Positions 19,411 to 31,199 of a DNA stretch of 61,253 nucleotides are shown here, one piece after another. The notes beneath the pieces are model-generated. The model did no database searches and was not told the DNA's origin. It was given only the letters and a program-made list of their open reading frames with translations. Positions within the stretch are counted from its first letter, which is position 1. Every line of letters begins with the position of its first letter. The stretch covers positions 1 to 61,253 of the forward strand of contig JBKCUU010000086.1 in assembly GCA_046318155.1 (NCBI GenBank), read 5' to 3'. The position numbers were made by a program, and so were the translations under genes. This DNA comes from Bdellovibrio sp. (GTDB lineage Bacteria > Bdellovibrionota > Bdellovibrionia > Bdellovibrionales > Bdellovibrionaceae).

Positions 19411-19441
19411 AAAAAAGAGAGGATCGCCCCTCTCTTTTTTT
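19411..19441 (-). terminator. Bidirectional intrinsic terminator after actF
   Basis: AAAAAAGAGAGG-ATCGCC-CCTCTCTTTTTT. Confidence 0.8.
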
Positions 19442-19471
19442 GCGCTGAGTCCCGAAATGTGAGCGGTGCGC

Positions 19472-20671
19472 TTAGTAGGTGACGTGGTGGTTGAGGGCTT
19501 CTTCGAGGCGGGGGTCTTTGATGGCGACGGTTGAGTGCTTTTGGAAAAAACGCATCATTGTCAGCAAGAAGATCCCCAAGAAACCAACCAAGAGTCCAAT
19601 TTCCCAAACACCCAACGTAAAATGATTCTGGTTGAAGTTGGGGTACACCATCCAGTGAACGTCGATGTACTGCATGACCAAAACCAAAATGCACACCATC
19701 AACAGGTGCTTCTCATTGCGCTTCCATGCTCGGGGGAGCAAGGCCAAGAACGGGACCACAAACTTAAAGATTAACAAAGCCATCGAGATTCCCATCCAGC
19801 CGTTTTGCGCGCGCATCAGATAGTACTCAGTCTCTTCAGGAATATTTGCGTACCAGATCAACATAAACTGCGAGAACGCAATGTAAGCCCAAAAGATCGT
19901 AAAACCCTTGAGGTACTTGGCCACATCGTGAATATGCTCAACGCTGTAATAACCTTGGATGTAGCCGTACTTTTTCATGTACATCAAAATAAGGATGAAG
20001 AATGCGAGCGAGGATTGAAACATCCCGGCAAAGCAATAGATCCCAAAGATCGTGCTGTACCAGGTGGGCAAAAGCGACATGAGCAAATCAACGCTAAAAA
20101 GCGAGAAGCTCAAGGCAAAGAAGACCATGCAACCCACCGACAGCGCCACGTTTTTGTGCGTCAGAGAGTGATCACCGCTGGAGTCTTGTTTCAGAGAGTT
20201 GCCCACGATCATGCGTCCAAAAATCAGCATCCCGATACCGAAGATTAAAAGGCGAACGATGAGAAAGCCTGTATTCAAGTAAGCGGTCTTTCCCTTCAGC
20301 AAGTAGCTGGCGGCAACGGCGTCGGCGTCCGTCCAAATATAAAGTCGCGAGAGACCAAAAACCAACACCAAGCTACCGACCAGAATAACAGGAAAGAAGG
20401 CCGTCATACCCTCGGCGATCCGGCGGATCGAAGTACTCCATCCGGCTTTGGCGATGTGGTTGATCATGATCCAGAACATCCCACCCAAGCTCAAGCAGCT
20501 GACATAAAAGAAAGCGGTGAGGTAAGCGGGCCAAACACGATCTGGGGCCATCAACAATCCCACGCCAAAGGCCAGTACACCGATCACCGTCATAACGACG
20601 GCGACGATCTTGAGCGTTTGCGAAGGAACAAATTTTTTAACAACAAGTTCAGCGTGAGAATGTGCAGCCAT
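19472..20671 (-). CDS. actF: Alternative complex III membrane subunit ActF
   Basis: Polytopic membrane protein with WYSTIFG and FSQFMLIWYANIPEET; last gene of the act operon. Confidence 0.88.
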   Translation of the reverse strand: MAAHSHAELVVKKFVPSQTLKIVAVVMTVIGVLAFGVGLLMAPDRVWPAYLTAFFYVSCLSLGGMFWIMINHIAKAGWSTSIRRIAEGMTAFFPVILVGSLVLVFGLSRLYIWTDADAVAASYLLKGKTAYLNTGFLIVRLLIFGIGMLIFGRMIVGNSLKQDSSGDHSLTHKNVALSVGCMVFFALSFSLFSVDLLMSLLPTWYSTIFGIYCFAGMFQSSLAFFILILMYMKKYGYIQGYYSVEHIHDVAKYLKGFTIFWAYIAFSQFMLIWYANIPEETEYYLMRAQNGWMGISMALLIFKFVVPFLALLPRAWKRNEKHLLMVCILVLVMQYIDVHWMVYPNFNQNHFTLGVWEIGLLVGFLGIFLLTMMRFFQKHSTVAIKDPRLEEALNHHVTY

Positions 20672-20679
20672 GGTTCACC

Positions 20680-21225
20680 CTATTTAGCTTCTTTTTGAAG
20701 ATGTCGAATGTAATTGACGACCTGCCAACGGTACGCCTGAGGAATATGAGACGCATACGGCCCCATCGTCCCCTGCCCCATCGTGATTACATGATAAATA
20801 TTGGCGTCGTTCCAACTGAGGATTTTTTCAGACAACAACGACGGAATCGGGAGCGGGTACTTCGCTTTGATCGATCCATCACCTTTGCCTGTTTGGCCAT
20901 GACAAACCATGCAGTTTGTATTGTAGAACTTTTGTCCCACCATCAAGGTCTCGGGATCCATTTTGCCGGCCAAAGGATTTTTGTTCTCTTTGATTGCGGC
21001 ATTGATGTCGGTCGCATACTTGTAAGGAACGAAACCGATGGGCTGCGTGTGTTCGGGCGGTGTCAAATTCGAGTTGCCGTCTTTGAACCAATCATCATAT
21101 TTCTGACCCTTAACCGCTGGCTGGTCCATCATGTCTTGGATCAGCTCGACGTTGGGTTCATTGCCTCGAGGTCCGCAAGAGACCACCACAAGAGCCATCA
21201 TCAAAAGAGGAAGTGCTGATTTCAT
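20680..21225 (-). CDS. actE: Alternative complex III monoheme cytochrome c lipoprotein ActE
   Basis: Signal peptide ending VVSC, DMMDQP, heme motif CMVCH, MGPYA, RWQVVNYIRHL. Confidence 0.88.
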   Translation of the reverse strand: MKSALPLLMMALVVVSCGPRGNEPNVELIQDMMDQPAVKGQKYDDWFKDGNSNLTPPEHTQPIGFVPYKYATDINAAIKENKNPLAGKMDPETLMVGQKFYNTNCMVCHGQTGKGDGSIKAKYPLPIPSLLSEKILSWNDANIYHVITMGQGTMGPYASHIPQAYRWQVVNYIRHLQKEAK

Positions 21226-21226
21226 C

Positions 21227-21748
21227 CTAAAACTCCGCCTTCTTGATTTCAGCGGCGCCAAGCGACCGGTACATCTCAGAGATGCGGCCCTCGTCGTAAC
21301 CGGTATCATTTGAAGGGATAAACAACGCAAACTTGTTGCACGTCAAATCGGGATCAATCACCGGGGGATTGACCTTGGGCAATCCACACGCAAAGAACAA
21401 AGCGCCGACCGACGATAAAGCGGCAAACAGAATCGTGAGCTCAAACATAATCGGAACAAACGCAGGCAGCGAGAAAAACGGCTTACCACCGACATTAATC
21501 GCCCAGCTCACGGCCGAAGTCCACCAAGTGAACAAGGTGCCCAGAGCTAATCCGGTCACACCCATCGTAAAAGCCACATAAGGAATCCAAGAACGCTTCA
21601 GGCCAGCCGCCTCTTCCATTCCGTGAATGGGGTAAGGAGAGATGGCTTCAAATTTTTTAAATCCAGCTTCACGCACTTTGCGAGTCGCTTCGACCAACTG
21701 GTGTTCGTCGTGAAAAATCGCCGCTATCCCTGATTGATACTTAGCCAT
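21227..21748 (-). CDS. actD: Alternative complex III subunit ActD (DUF3341-like)
   Basis: [38 protein letters not shown]. Confidence 0.88.
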   Translation of the reverse strand: MAKYQSGIAAIFHDEHQLVEATRKVREAGFKKFEAISPYPIHGMEEAAGLKRSWIPYVAFTMGVTGLALGTLFTWWTSAVSWAINVGGKPFFSLPAFVPIMFELTILFAALSSVGALFFACGLPKVNPPVIDPDLTCNKFALFIPSNDTGYDEGRISEMYRSLGAAEIKKAEF

Positions 21749-23123
21749 GGTGACCTCCAGGACCTTGATGCGCCTGTTTTTTCTCTTTACCGACATTCAA
21801 AACAGGTTTGATTTCGGCGATTGCAATGGCGGGGAACAAACGGAGGTACAACAAGAACAAGGTCAGGAACATACCAAACGAACCGACCAAGATCGCCGTG
21901 TCCCAAGCACTCCAAGCGTACATGCCCCAGTTCGCGGGCAAGAAATCGCGGTGAAGCGAAGTTACCGTGATGACGAAGCGCTCGAACCACATGCCGATAT
22001 TGACGAAGATCGAAACCACGAACATGACAGGGATTGAGCGGCGAAACTTCTTAAACCAGAACAATTGCGGAATGACGACGTTACAGCAGATCATGACCCA
22101 GTACGACCAGGCGTAAGGACCCATCGCGCGGTTGATGAACGCAAATTTCTCGTACACGTTACCAGAGTACCAAGCGATAAAGAACTCAGAACCGTAGGCG
22201 TATCCAACCATCATCCCCGTGGTCATGATGATTTTGTTCATCACTTCCATATGGTCAAGCGTCACGTAGTCTTTAAATTGAGGATAACCGATGCGAACCA
22301 ACGTCATCAGCGTCACAACCATCCCGAAGCCCGAGAAGATCGCGCCCGCAACAAAGTACGGCGGAAAAATCGTCGTGTGCCAACCAGGAACGTTTGAAAC
22401 CGCGAAGTCGAACGAGACTATCGTGTGAACCGACAAAACGAGCGGCGTCGAAAGCCCCGCAAGCAAGAGGTACAACATCTCGTAGTGCGACCAGTTTTTT
22501 GCCGTTCCACGCCACCCTAAGGACAGAGCTCCATAAACGGTCTGGCGGATTTTATTTTTAGCACGGTCACGGATCGTCGCAAAATCTGGAACAAGTCCGA
22601 TGTACCAAAACACGATTGAAACAGTGGCATAAGTTGAAACCGCAAAAACGTCCCACAACAGGGGCGAACGGAAGTTCGTCCACAAAGGACCTCGCTGATT
22701 CGGATAAGGAAAGAGCCAGAAATCAAGCCAGGGTCGGCCGGTGTGCATCAGCGGAAACAAACCCGCGGTCATAACGGCAAAAACCGTCATGGCCTCAGCG
22801 GTTCTGGCAACCGATGTTCGCCACTTTTGGCGGAACAAGAACAAGACCGCTGAGATCAAAGTTCCGGCGTGACCGATCCCGATCCAGAAGACGAAGGTGA
22901 TGATCATCGTTCCCCAAGCAATGGGGTGATTCACACCAAGAAGACCCATCCCCGTTCCCACCACAATCGCGATCGAAACCAAGTAGGCCAAGAACAAGGC
23001 CTTGGCACCCAAGAACATGCCGACCCAACCCTTGCTGGGAAACTCTTCGACAGGTTTCAAAATGTCATTTGTCACGTCTCGGAGCGACTTTTCTCCAATG
23101 ACGAGTTCATTGCGTTTCATCAT
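21741..23123 (-). CDS. actC: Alternative complex III NrfD-family quinol-binding subunit ActC
   Basis: [57 protein letters not shown]. Confidence 0.93.
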   Translation of the reverse strand: MMKRNELVIGEKSLRDVTNDILKPVEEFPSKGWVGMFLGAKALFLAYLVSIAIVVGTGMGLLGVNHPIAWGTMIITFVFWIGIGHAGTLISAVLFLFRQKWRTSVARTAEAMTVFAVMTAGLFPLMHTGRPWLDFWLFPYPNQRGPLWTNFRSPLLWDVFAVSTYATVSIVFWYIGLVPDFATIRDRAKNKIRQTVYGALSLGWRGTAKNWSHYEMLYLLLAGLSTPLVLSVHTIVSFDFAVSNVPGWHTTIFPPYFVAGAIFSGFGMVVTLMTLVRIGYPQFKDYVTLDHMEVMNKIIMTTGMMVGYAYGSEFFIAWYSGNVYEKFAFINRAMGPYAWSYWVMICCNVVIPQLFWFKKFRRSIPVMFVVSIFVNIGMWFERFVITVTSLHRDFLPANWGMYAWSAWDTAILVGSFGMFLTLFLLYLRLFPAIAIAEIKPVLNVGKEKKQAHQGPGGHHG

Positions 23124-26100
23124 GCGTGCCCACCTTTGTGAGTCTCACTCACGAGGGTCTCTTGATCGTTGTTGCGGATTTTACTGAGGTAACGAACCGA
23201 GGGCGCCGCGTGGAATTCTTCAAGCAAAGCGTAAGCCCGCTTGTTCGTTTTAAACACTTTTGCCACTTCCGATTTTTCGTCGTTCAAATCACCAAACACA
23301 ATAGCGCCCGAAGGGCAAGCCTGTTGGCAAGCCGTTTTGATATCTCCGTCTTTGAGCGTACGCTTCTCGAGAGACGCTTGCGCTTTGCCGGCTTTAATTC
23401 GGTGCGTGCAAAACGTACATTTCTCCATCACCCCGCGAGAGCGGACGGTGACATCTGGATTGAGTGCCAAATGCAGTGGCTTTTCGATGTTTTTTGTAAA
23501 ATTAAACCAATTAAAACGTCGAACTTTATAAGGGCAGTTGTTGGCGCAATACCGAGTTCCAACGCAACGGTTGTAAACCATATCGTTTAGACCTTCGCTA
23601 TTATGAACGGTTGCCAAAACGGGGCAGACCGTTTCGCAAGGGGCGTTATCACACTGCTGACACATCACAGGCTGGAACACCATTTGAGCATTGGTCGGAT
23701 CACCCGTGTAGTAACGGTCGATCCGGAGCCAATGCATTTCGCGGCCTTGAAGAACATATTTTTTGCCGACAACAGGAATGTTGTTTTCGGATTGGCAGGC
23801 CACTTGGCAAGCCGCACAGCCCGTGCAGACGTTCAAGTCAACCGCCATACCCCATTTGTGTCCGTTGTACGCGTGGCCGCCCCAAAGCGAGAAGATGGGG
23901 TGTTTATGAATCCCTGCGCTCTCATTTTTGTTGTATTGACTGAGCGTGGCTTCAGCCACGATCTGACGACCTTCCATCACATGGTGTGATTGGGTCGCGG
24001 CCAATTTGTAGTTGGATCCCGTTTTTGCGATGGATGCGGCCTGCCCCGAGAACACAACGCCGGTTTTTGTGGTCCTCGCAAGTCCATAAACATTAAGACC
24101 GACTCCGTTGCCAACTTTACCGGCAGCCGTGCGGCCGTAACCGACAGCAACGGCCACGACGCCATCGTGCAGACCGGGCTGGATATGCGCCGGAAGTTTC
24201 GCGGACTTTTCGCCCACTTTAATCTCGATCATATCGCCTTCTTTGAGCTTCAGCTTCTCGGCTGTTGCGATCGAAACCGAGGCGTAGTTATCCCAAACGA
24301 TCTTGGTGATGGGATCTGGCATTTCGTGCAACCACGAAACATTGGCCAAAGTTCCGTCCATAAAAAGAACGCTGGGGTAAAGAACCAACTCGTACTCAGC
24401 TCCCACGGGGGCCTTGATCGAAGTCAAAGCATCGACTTTAAAGCTGCGTGCCGAACTGCCTTTGCCAGGTGATTCTGTTCCGACGAAACCTTTTTGCAAA
24501 GCCTCGTCCCAGAAGACATCGAAAGATTTTCCTTTGCCCGCTTTGGCCAAAACGTCACGACGCCAAACGCTGCGAACATAGTCATAATAAGTCTCCAGAG
24601 ATTTGAAATCTTGAGGCCCCTGATCGGCGATGTAACCCCAGGTCATCAACGTCAAACCAAAAGAGCGCGTGTCGTACAGGGGACGGATCGTCGGTTGTTG
24701 GATTGCAAAAACACCCGCGGCGAATTCACTATCTCCCCAGCCTTCCATCGGATGGTGATCAGGCAAAATGTAATCGGCATAGCGGCCCGTTTCATCACTA
24801 CGATCACCCGTGTAAACGACGAGTTCAACCTTTTGGAGGGCTTTTGCAAACCGAGTCGGATCCGCTGATGCGTACATCGGATTGGTTCGGTGAATCACAA
24901 GGGTCCTGACTTTGCCCGCTTCCATATCTTCGATTAATCGCTGAAGAGAGGCTTGCGATCCCGTCAAAGAACGGAATCCACCGGTTGCATCAACCGTTGA
25001 CCCATCATTCTCGAGCGCCGAGTTCAAGAAGTTAACCGCCACTTGCAGATCACGTGCGTGTGCCGTTTGCGCGGCCATACCACCCGCCACGATCAACGAA
25101 GATCCGCGGTTTTTTGTTAAGTCTTCAGCCAAACGCTCGAACAACGCCGCTTCAACACCCAATTGACCAGCCGCACCCGCAAAAGGCTCAAGAGCTGATT
25201 TAATAGAGGCGTTGCCGGCAAAACGTGTCTGACCTTTTTTAACGATGATCTCGTGGGCAAGACCCAACACCACCAACAGCTGCTGCGACGGCTTAATGCG
25301 AACACGAATATCAGCATTCGCACCCGTCAATGAATAAGCCGAGTCAAACGCGACCAGCTTATTCATTGTTTTGGGATTTTTCCGTTGAGAAGTGAATTGG
25401 CGCGAGAAGGTGGTCGGCGCCATCCAAGTGCCGATAAAGTCGCAGTCCACAGACACAATCACTTTTGCTTTATCAAAACGGTAGAACGGGACAGCCGCCT
25501 CACCGTACGAAGCCTTCGCTCCCTCACTCACATCATCAAAGCTCAGGGGCTCCCACACATGGTGAGTGGCGCCAAATGCCGCCGAAAAATCTGCAACCAC
25601 TTTGCGAGCGGCGGGGCCAGGCAAATGACCGGTTAAAACCGCGACGTTGCCCTTTTTGAGAATTTTAACGATCGCATCATCCGCGTCTTCGTATTTCACA
25701 CTGATGGCGTCGAATGAGGTTCGGCGAGCACGAGTGACTTCGCCTTTTGCATTTTTCACGTCTGAGTTTTGTAGTTGGCGCTTGGGACCTTGGAGGCGCT
25801 CAGGATCGTAAAGCGACAAAATCGAAGCCTGCGCGCGCGCCGACGTGCCACCTTTATTTAATGGATGCTGAGGGTTCCCCTCGATTTTCAGAGGTCGCCC
25901 TTCGCGGGTGCGCACCAAGATTCCAAGACCTTCAGCTCCATCAAAATAAGTGGAGGTGTAAAAGTTTGAAACACCGATCGTCACTTCTTCGGGCTGCTTA
26001 TTATAAGGAACAATTTTTTGCACAGGACGGCGGATACAGCCCGCTGTCGTCATGGCCAGAGAAGCCCCCATCAATTTCAAGAAGTCGCGGCGAGCCCAAC

Positions 26101-26272
26101 CCTCTTCCGAGGATGACTCTTCGCGCAAGGGCGAGGACTGAAACTCAGTCTCAGCCAGTTTTTGAAACTCGGGGTCGCCCGACCACTGCTCAAGACTGCG
26201 CCAGTAGCGGCTGTCGGTCTCTTTCGAAGGAGTGGCTTGTTCTTCGTTATGATCGTGAGAATTTTCAGACAT
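23120..26272 (-). CDS. actB: Alternative complex III subunit ActB (molybdopterin-oxidoreductase-like plus Fe-S domain)
   Basis: YWRSLE, Tat-like RRDFLK...[15 protein letters not shown], and C-terminal Fe-S motifs [28 protein letters not shown]. Confidence 0.93.
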   Translation of the reverse strand: MSENSHDHNEEQATPSKETDSRYWRSLEQWSGDPEFQKLAETEFQSSPLREESSSEEGWARRDFLKLMGASLAMTTAGCIRRPVQKIVPYNKQPEEVTIGVSNFYTSTYFDGAEGLGILVRTREGRPLKIEGNPQHPLNKGGTSARAQASILSLYDPERLQGPKRQLQNSDVKNAKGEVTRARRTSFDAISVKYEDADDAIVKILKKGNVAVLTGHLPGPAARKVVADFSAAFGATHHVWEPLSFDDVSEGAKASYGEAAVPFYRFDKAKVIVSVDCDFIGTWMAPTTFSRQFTSQRKNPKTMNKLVAFDSAYSLTGANADIRVRIKPSQQLLVVLGLAHEIIVKKGQTRFAGNASIKSALEPFAGAAGQLGVEAALFERLAEDLTKNRGSSLIVAGGMAAQTAHARDLQVAVNFLNSALENDGSTVDATGGFRSLTGSQASLQRLIEDMEAGKVRTLVIHRTNPMYASADPTRFAKALQKVELVVYTGDRSDETGRYADYILPDHHPMEGWGDSEFAAGVFAIQQPTIRPLYDTRSFGLTLMTWGYIADQGPQDFKSLETYYDYVRSVWRRDVLAKAGKGKSFDVFWDEALQKGFVGTESPGKGSSARSFKVDALTSIKAPVGAEYELVLYPSVLFMDGTLANVSWLHEMPDPITKIVWDNYASVSIATAEKLKLKEGDMIEIKVGEKSAKLPAHIQPGLHDGVVAVAVGYGRTAAGKVGNGVGLNVYGLARTTKTGVVFSGQAASIAKTGSNYKLAATQSHHVMEGRQIVAEATLSQYNKNESAGIHKHPIFSLWGGHAYNGHKWGMAVDLNVCTGCAACQVACQSENNIPVVGKKYVLQGREMHWLRIDRYYTGDPTNAQMVFQPVMCQQCDNAPCETVCPVLATVHNSEGLNDMVYNRCVGTRYCANNCPYKVRRFNWFNFTKNIEKPLHLALNPDVTVRSRGVMEKCTFCTHRIKAGKAQASLEKRTLKDGDIKTACQQACPSGAIVFGDLNDEKSEVAKVFKTNKRAYALLEEFHAAPSVRYLSKIRNNDQETLVSETHKGGHA

Positions 26273-26294
26273 TGTGATTTATCCCGCGCTTATT

Positions 26295-26834
26295 TTAGTG
26301 GTGGCAAGTCGAGCAGTTAATCGGAGCTTTGTTCTCTGGTTGACGGTGGCAGTTTACACACCAGCCCATCGAGAGATCTGAGTGTTGCGCAACCTTTTCC
26401 ATTTTTTCGATTTCACCGTGGCACGTTTGGCAGTTGACGCCTTTTGAAATATGAGCTGCGTGATTAAATTTCACGTGGTCAGGCAACATGTGAACCTTGA
26501 CCCACGGGATGGATTTTCCTGCGTCGTAGGCTTCGCGCATTTTTTGAATATGGGGACTGTCGGTTTTGACCACCAAGTGACAGTTCATACATGTCGACAA
26601 AGACGGGATATTCGAAGCCGTGCTTCGCTCAACCTGATTGTGACAGTACTGACACTGCATTTGGTTTTGTCCCACGTGGAGTTCGTGAGAAAAGGGAATG
26701 GGCTGATCAGGCTCGTACCCCTTGTTGTATCCCCATCCGGTTTCAAAGTTACAGCCAGCTAAAGACATCATGGCTGCACACAAAAGAGCGCTCCCAATAA
26801 GAGCGACAAAGTGTTGCGGCTTTCGCAGGTGCAT
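26295..26834 (-). CDS. actA: Alternative complex III pentaheme cytochrome c ActA
   Basis: PDQPIPFSH; five CxxCH motifs (CQYCH, CMNCH, CQTCH, CVNCH, CSTCH); N-terminal LAGC lipobox. Confidence 0.9.
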   Translation of the reverse strand: MHLRKPQHFVALIGSALLCAAMMSLAGCNFETGWGYNKGYEPDQPIPFSHELHVGQNQMQCQYCHNQVERSTASNIPSLSTCMNCHLVVKTDSPHIQKMREAYDAGKSIPWVKVHMLPDHVKFNHAAHISKGVNCQTCHGEIEKMEKVAQHSDLSMGWCVNCHRQPENKAPINCSTCHH

Positions 26835-27063
26835 AGGTGTTCCTCTAGTCGCACAATCAAACAAGCTCTAGGGTGAGCTTGTTTCAATTGATTATTAAAC
26901 GGAAGTTAAGCTTCCCTCAATTCTTGAATCAGGTGACAAAGAAGATCAACCAACTTTTTGCAAACACAATGAAAATCGTGAATGAAAGCCGAACAGGTGC
27001 AGGACTCGATGGTCGATTTTGAACTGCGGTTTTTTGAACACTCTGCTCAAGAATCAGGCGATG

Positions 27064-28698
27064 TTATTTTACCTGCTTCATCCGCCCACGCCGAACAACG
27101 GCGACAAAGATAACGGCCAAGACATGAAGGGCCACGAAACCCGAAACATACTCCACACCACCTGCTCCAAATCCGTACGAATGAAGCCCTGCACCAAGTA
27201 CAAAGTTGACGCCGTACCAAGCCATGATGATCAAAGAGAAGGACAAAATGGCGGTACAAATCATGCCGAAATTCTTTAAGAGCCCCGCGAGGCGTGCGTG
27301 CAGGATCGCCAAGTACCCCAGAAGCGCGATCAAGGCCCAAGTCTCTTTTGGATCCCATCCCCAGAACCGACCCCAAGAATAATCGGCCCAAATTCCGCCC
27401 AAAATGATGCCGGGCGCAAGGAAGGCCACTCCGATCTGGATCGAACGATAAAGCGCCATGACCAAGGCTCGAATACGCTCTTCATATCTTTTTTCGTCCC
27501 TCAGATACATCACGAGACCAATATCACCCAAGGCAAAGGCCAAGAAAAAAGCCGCGTAACTGATCGTGATCGTAAGGACATGCACCGTCAGCCAAAAGTT
27601 AGAACGAAGGACCGGCTCCAGCGGCTGGATGCTGTCATCCAACACAACCGGTGCGAAATCTGTCAAAATCAGACAGAAGGCGCCAACTGCAGCACCTGCC
27701 GTCAGGATCAATCGCCACTTGTAAATCGCCTCGATGATCATGGCAAACAGCACAGTTCCAAAACTGACCCAGACCACAGTCTCATACATATTTGAAACGG
27801 GCGCTCGGTCCGACAAGTAAATTCGCAAACCAAAGCCGTACAAATGAAACAAGATGCCGATACTGGTAAGCACCCAGCCGGCCGTGACTAAACGGTGCTG
27901 TTTCAAAATCCAAAAAAGTGTCAGCGCGACAACGGCCAAGAGGTAAAAAGCCCAGGCCCATTTAAAGGGATGAAATCCATTGTAATGAACCTCGGCCTTG
28001 ATCTTGTTATCCGCGATGTAGCGATCAGGAGCCGACGCCCGGGCTCGATCCTTAAACGTCTCGATATTTTTTGCGAGCTCTGTGCGCACGGAGTCCGGCG
28101 CATTGGGATCTAAGCCTTGGACAAAAACCTTGGTGATATTCACGAAGTCGGCCTGCTCTTCGGGCGAGAGCTCGCTCAAGCTTTTCCAAGCTTCGCTCTC
28201 GAGCGTCGGAACAACGCGGATCATCCGGCCCGTTGCGATCTCGCGAAAGGTAAAAAGCTGATTCTCAAGACGCTGAAGCGCCTGTCCGTAAGGATCTAGC
28301 TTTTCTTTTGATTCACGCATCGACGCGAGCTCTTGCAAAAGCATCGAGAGTTTTTCGTTCTTGAGGAGTTCGTTGGCTGAAATGTATTTCAGGTCATTGG
28401 GAAGCGACAACGCCCGCTTCACCAAGTGATGCTTGATTTCAAAAATCGGTTTGTCTTGCCAAACTTGGGGTTGCAAGAGCCAGGTCATGACGATCTCGTA
28501 GGCCGGTTTCTTTTCAAAAGAGGACTTCCCGTAAACTACCTCGAGGGATTCGCGCGCGAAGGTATCAAAGGGCTTGGTCCTTCCTGAGTCCTGCACGGGC
28601 AGTCCCTTGAGAGGCTCGGTGGCGTTGGCATATCCAATGACAGGCGACAGCAACAGTGCGGCACCCATGAGAACTGAGCTCAAGAAAATGGACTTCAC
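27064..28698 (-). CDS. ccsA: Cytochrome c biogenesis protein CcsA (system II)
   Basis: WWD domain GGIWADYSWGRFWGWDPKETWAL, APVSNMYE, GLHSYG. Confidence 0.9.
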   Translation of the reverse strand: MKSIFLSSVLMGAALLLSPVIGYANATEPLKGLPVQDSGRTKPFDTFARESLEVVYGKSSFEKKPAYEIVMTWLLQPQVWQDKPIFEIKHHLVKRALSLPNDLKYISANELLKNEKLSMLLQELASMRESKEKLDPYGQALQRLENQLFTFREIATGRMIRVVPTLESEAWKSLSELSPEEQADFVNITKVFVQGLDPNAPDSVRTELAKNIETFKDRARASAPDRYIADNKIKAEVHYNGFHPFKWAWAFYLLAVVALTLFWILKQHRLVTAGWVLTSIGILFHLYGFGLRIYLSDRAPVSNMYETVVWVSFGTVLFAMIIEAIYKWRLILTAGAAVGAFCLILTDFAPVVLDDSIQPLEPVLRSNFWLTVHVLTITISYAAFFLAFALGDIGLVMYLRDEKRYEERIRALVMALYRSIQIGVAFLAPGIILGGIWADYSWGRFWGWDPKETWALIALLGYLAILHARLAGLLKNFGMICTAILSFSLIIMAWYGVNFVLGAGLHSYGFGAGGVEYVSGFVALHVLAVIFVAVVRRGRMKQVK

Positions 28699-30071
28699 GA
28701 TTCCTCCCAGATTTTTGGAGCCAGCTGCGCTTTGGCAGATTTGCGGCGGTCATAAAACAACACGATCACGCCAAGTGAGATGATCAAACTACCCAAGTAC
28801 TTCACCCAGCGGCCCGGATCATAATTAATAGAGAAGATCGAGGCCGTCGGCGTTCCGTCCGGCGCTTCTTGAAACGAAGCCTGATAAACGGTCAGGCCCA
28901 TGTGCTTCATGGGCTCATTCATCGAAATGAGTGTCTCGCCAATATCTTGAACTTCGACCAAACTTTGGTAGCTGGCCGCGCGGGTCGTACCGGGATAGCG
29001 GCCGATTTCGAATTCTTTTAAAAAAACATCAAAGCCGATATCGATCCGACGGTGGGCGTACGTCACAATATAGACAGCTTTTTCGGTAAAGAGCTTCAGC
29101 ACGTCATCGAGCTGGAGCCAGTACTCCTTGTTATTAAAGAGAATCTTGATTGCGGCATTGGTGACGCCAGCCACGGGGCGGTCCACTTCTTCAAACTCCC
29201 ACTTGACCTCGGCCCTTTTAAAATAGTTCAAGATTTTAAGCTTCAGACCCATCCAGCCGGTTTCAATTTCTTCGCCCTCGGTAGCAATCCCTTTTTTAGT
29301 TTGGGTCCCCCGGACAAAAATCACGTATTTAAATCGCCCATCACCCGTTGGCTCAACAAAGGCCTCGTTGCCGCCAGTTCCTTTTTCGGGGAGAGGCCCC
29401 AAGTAGATCTGCGCAGGGCCAAAATTGTGACTGGCCAAATCGCCAACCTTACTTTGCACCAACCACTCGGTGACATTTACTCGGGGATTTTGAATTTGAA
29501 ACTGAACCGCCGCTCCAGCCCGGGAACCCTCAGAAGCAACCACTCGTCTTGAGGCCTTCATGTAGGGTTTGTACTCAAGAACTTTGATCTCACCAGAGTC
29601 CGTCGGAAAGGACACGGGTGTTTTGGTCGGAGGATTTAAAAAGAAATCCACGTCTCGCTCAACAAGTTTACTGAATCGATCACCGTCAAAAGAAGACCAA
29701 ACAACAAGCTCTGTCGTCGGCGCTTGAACGAAGCGATTGCGCTCCCCCACTCCGACGCGCATCGATCCATCAATTCCCCACTGCATCGTGATCAATGAGC
29801 CCAAAAGCAAAAGCAAAATTCCGATATGGGCGAGCAAGAAAGACAGATGCCGGCGCTGCCACGGCCAGCGTGTCACCATCACCGCGGTTAAATTGACTGC
29901 GAGTAAACCCAGCGCAAAAAACATCCAAGGTGTTCGATAGACAAGCTTGCTTGCGGCGAAGGCATCAAAGCGTGCCTCGACGAAGGTCCCTACCGAAGTC
30001 AAGACTGCCAAGAGCAAGATAGTGAAGACCGCCAATTTCAAAGACGACAGAAATTTCAACACCCGTTGCAT
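28695..30071 (-). CDS. ResB/CcsB-family cytochrome c biogenesis protein
   Basis: LSSLKLA, GTFVE, HIGILLLLLG, ISMNEPM, YQASF, DPG; overlaps the ccsA start. Confidence 0.85.
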   Translation of the reverse strand: MQRVLKFLSSLKLAVFTILLLAVLTSVGTFVEARFDAFAASKLVYRTPWMFFALGLLAVNLTAVMVTRWPWQRRHLSFLLAHIGILLLLLGSLITMQWGIDGSMRVGVGERNRFVQAPTTELVVWSSFDGDRFSKLVERDVDFFLNPPTKTPVSFPTDSGEIKVLEYKPYMKASRRVVASEGSRAGAAVQFQIQNPRVNVTEWLVQSKVGDLASHNFGPAQIYLGPLPEKGTGGNEAFVEPTGDGRFKYVIFVRGTQTKKGIATEGEEIETGWMGLKLKILNYFKRAEVKWEFEEVDRPVAGVTNAAIKILFNNKEYWLQLDDVLKLFTEKAVYIVTYAHRRIDIGFDVFLKEFEIGRYPGTTRAASYQSLVEVQDIGETLISMNEPMKHMGLTVYQASFQEAPDGTPTASIFSINYDPGRWVKYLGSLIISLGVIVLFYDRRKSAKAQLAPKIWEES

Positions 30072-30221
30072 GCGCCCACCATACCGAAATGACGAGCGCC
30101 TCACCACGAATTTCAGTCGAGATTTCGTCAGGAGTCGCAAAGCGTTAACCACACAGGAAGCTGATGCAACCCTGACGGTCTCCGACTTTGTGTTCCCCTA
30201 CACTTTATCTCAGGAGGTCCC

Positions 30222-31112
30222 ATGCTCGAATTCTACCGGTTGAGATCCCACCGCATCCATAAGTTCAAACCCAAAATTCATTTGGTGTCTGACAAAGGCC
30301 CGTTCCTACTCAAAACAATTAGCTCAAGTGATGAGCTGATTGAAGCCTTGCGCCTTCGCTACCAGGTGTTTCACCGCGAAATGCTGGGGAAGACTCGTGA
30401 AAATGGGATTGACGTTGATGAGTTTGACTTTATCTGTGACCACTTGGCGATCATTGATAAAAAAACGGGGCGCATGGTTGGGACGTACCGACTGAATTGC
30501 TCCGCGTTTTCAAATCAATTTTACTCATCGCAAGAGTTCAATCTGCGCCGCATCCTTGAACCGAATGGGACCAAACTGGAACTCGGCCGCGCCTGCATTC
30601 ACAAAGATTTTCGCAAAGGTCTTGTGATCGCGCTTCTTTGGCGCGGAATCGCCGAGTACATGGCAGCGACCAACTCGGATGTCTTGTTTGGCTGCGCCAG
30701 CATCAAGACCGAAAGCGCAAGGCAAGCGGCACTTCTCTATAATCACTTTCATCGAGAAGGGCGAATCCAAGCGAATTTAATGTGCCCTCCAACAAAAGCG
30801 TTTTCGATGAGCAATTTAGGCGTGTGGATTGAAAAACTCAACCGCCCCTTTACAGCTGAAGAGATTAAGGAGGTTGAAGACTTGATTCCTCCTTTGTGCC
30901 GAGCCTATTTGAAGGCCGGAGCATTCTTGGGCGGCGAACCCGCGTATGATCCTGAGTTTAAATGCATCGATTTTTTGACCATACTTCCCAGATCCAATCT
31001 GAACAAAGTGCTCTGGAAGAAATATGGCAAAGAAAACGACTCAGCTCCTGACGCGAGCGAGCCGCAAGCCACCCACTTTCATCAGCAAGCGGCGACGCCG
31101 TCGGTGATGTAG
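30222..31112 (+). CDS. GNAT-family N-acyltransferase (OlsB/Acetyltransf_5-like)
   Basis: LRLRYQVF, DVDEFDFICDHL, VGTYRL, LELGRAC, LWRGI, PPLCRAYLKAGA, DPEFKCIDF. Confidence 0.8.
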   Translation: MLEFYRLRSHRIHKFKPKIHLVSDKGPFLLKTISSSDELIEALRLRYQVFHREMLGKTRENGIDVDEFDFICDHLAIIDKKTGRMVGTYRLNCSAFSNQFYSSQEFNLRRILEPNGTKLELGRACIHKDFRKGLVIALLWRGIAEYMAATNSDVLFGCASIKTESARQAALLYNHFHREGRIQANLMCPPTKAFSMSNLGVWIEKLNRPFTAEEIKEVEDLIPPLCRAYLKAGAFLGGEPAYDPEFKCIDFLTILPRSNLNKVLWKKYGKENDSAPDASEPQATHFHQQAATPSVM

Positions 31113-31199
31113 GAAGTGGCGGAGCCGCTGATGATTCAAGAGCCCACTTGACTCCGAGCTCCCCGGATTCTTTAATAAAAAGACTCGGGGAGCCCTTCC

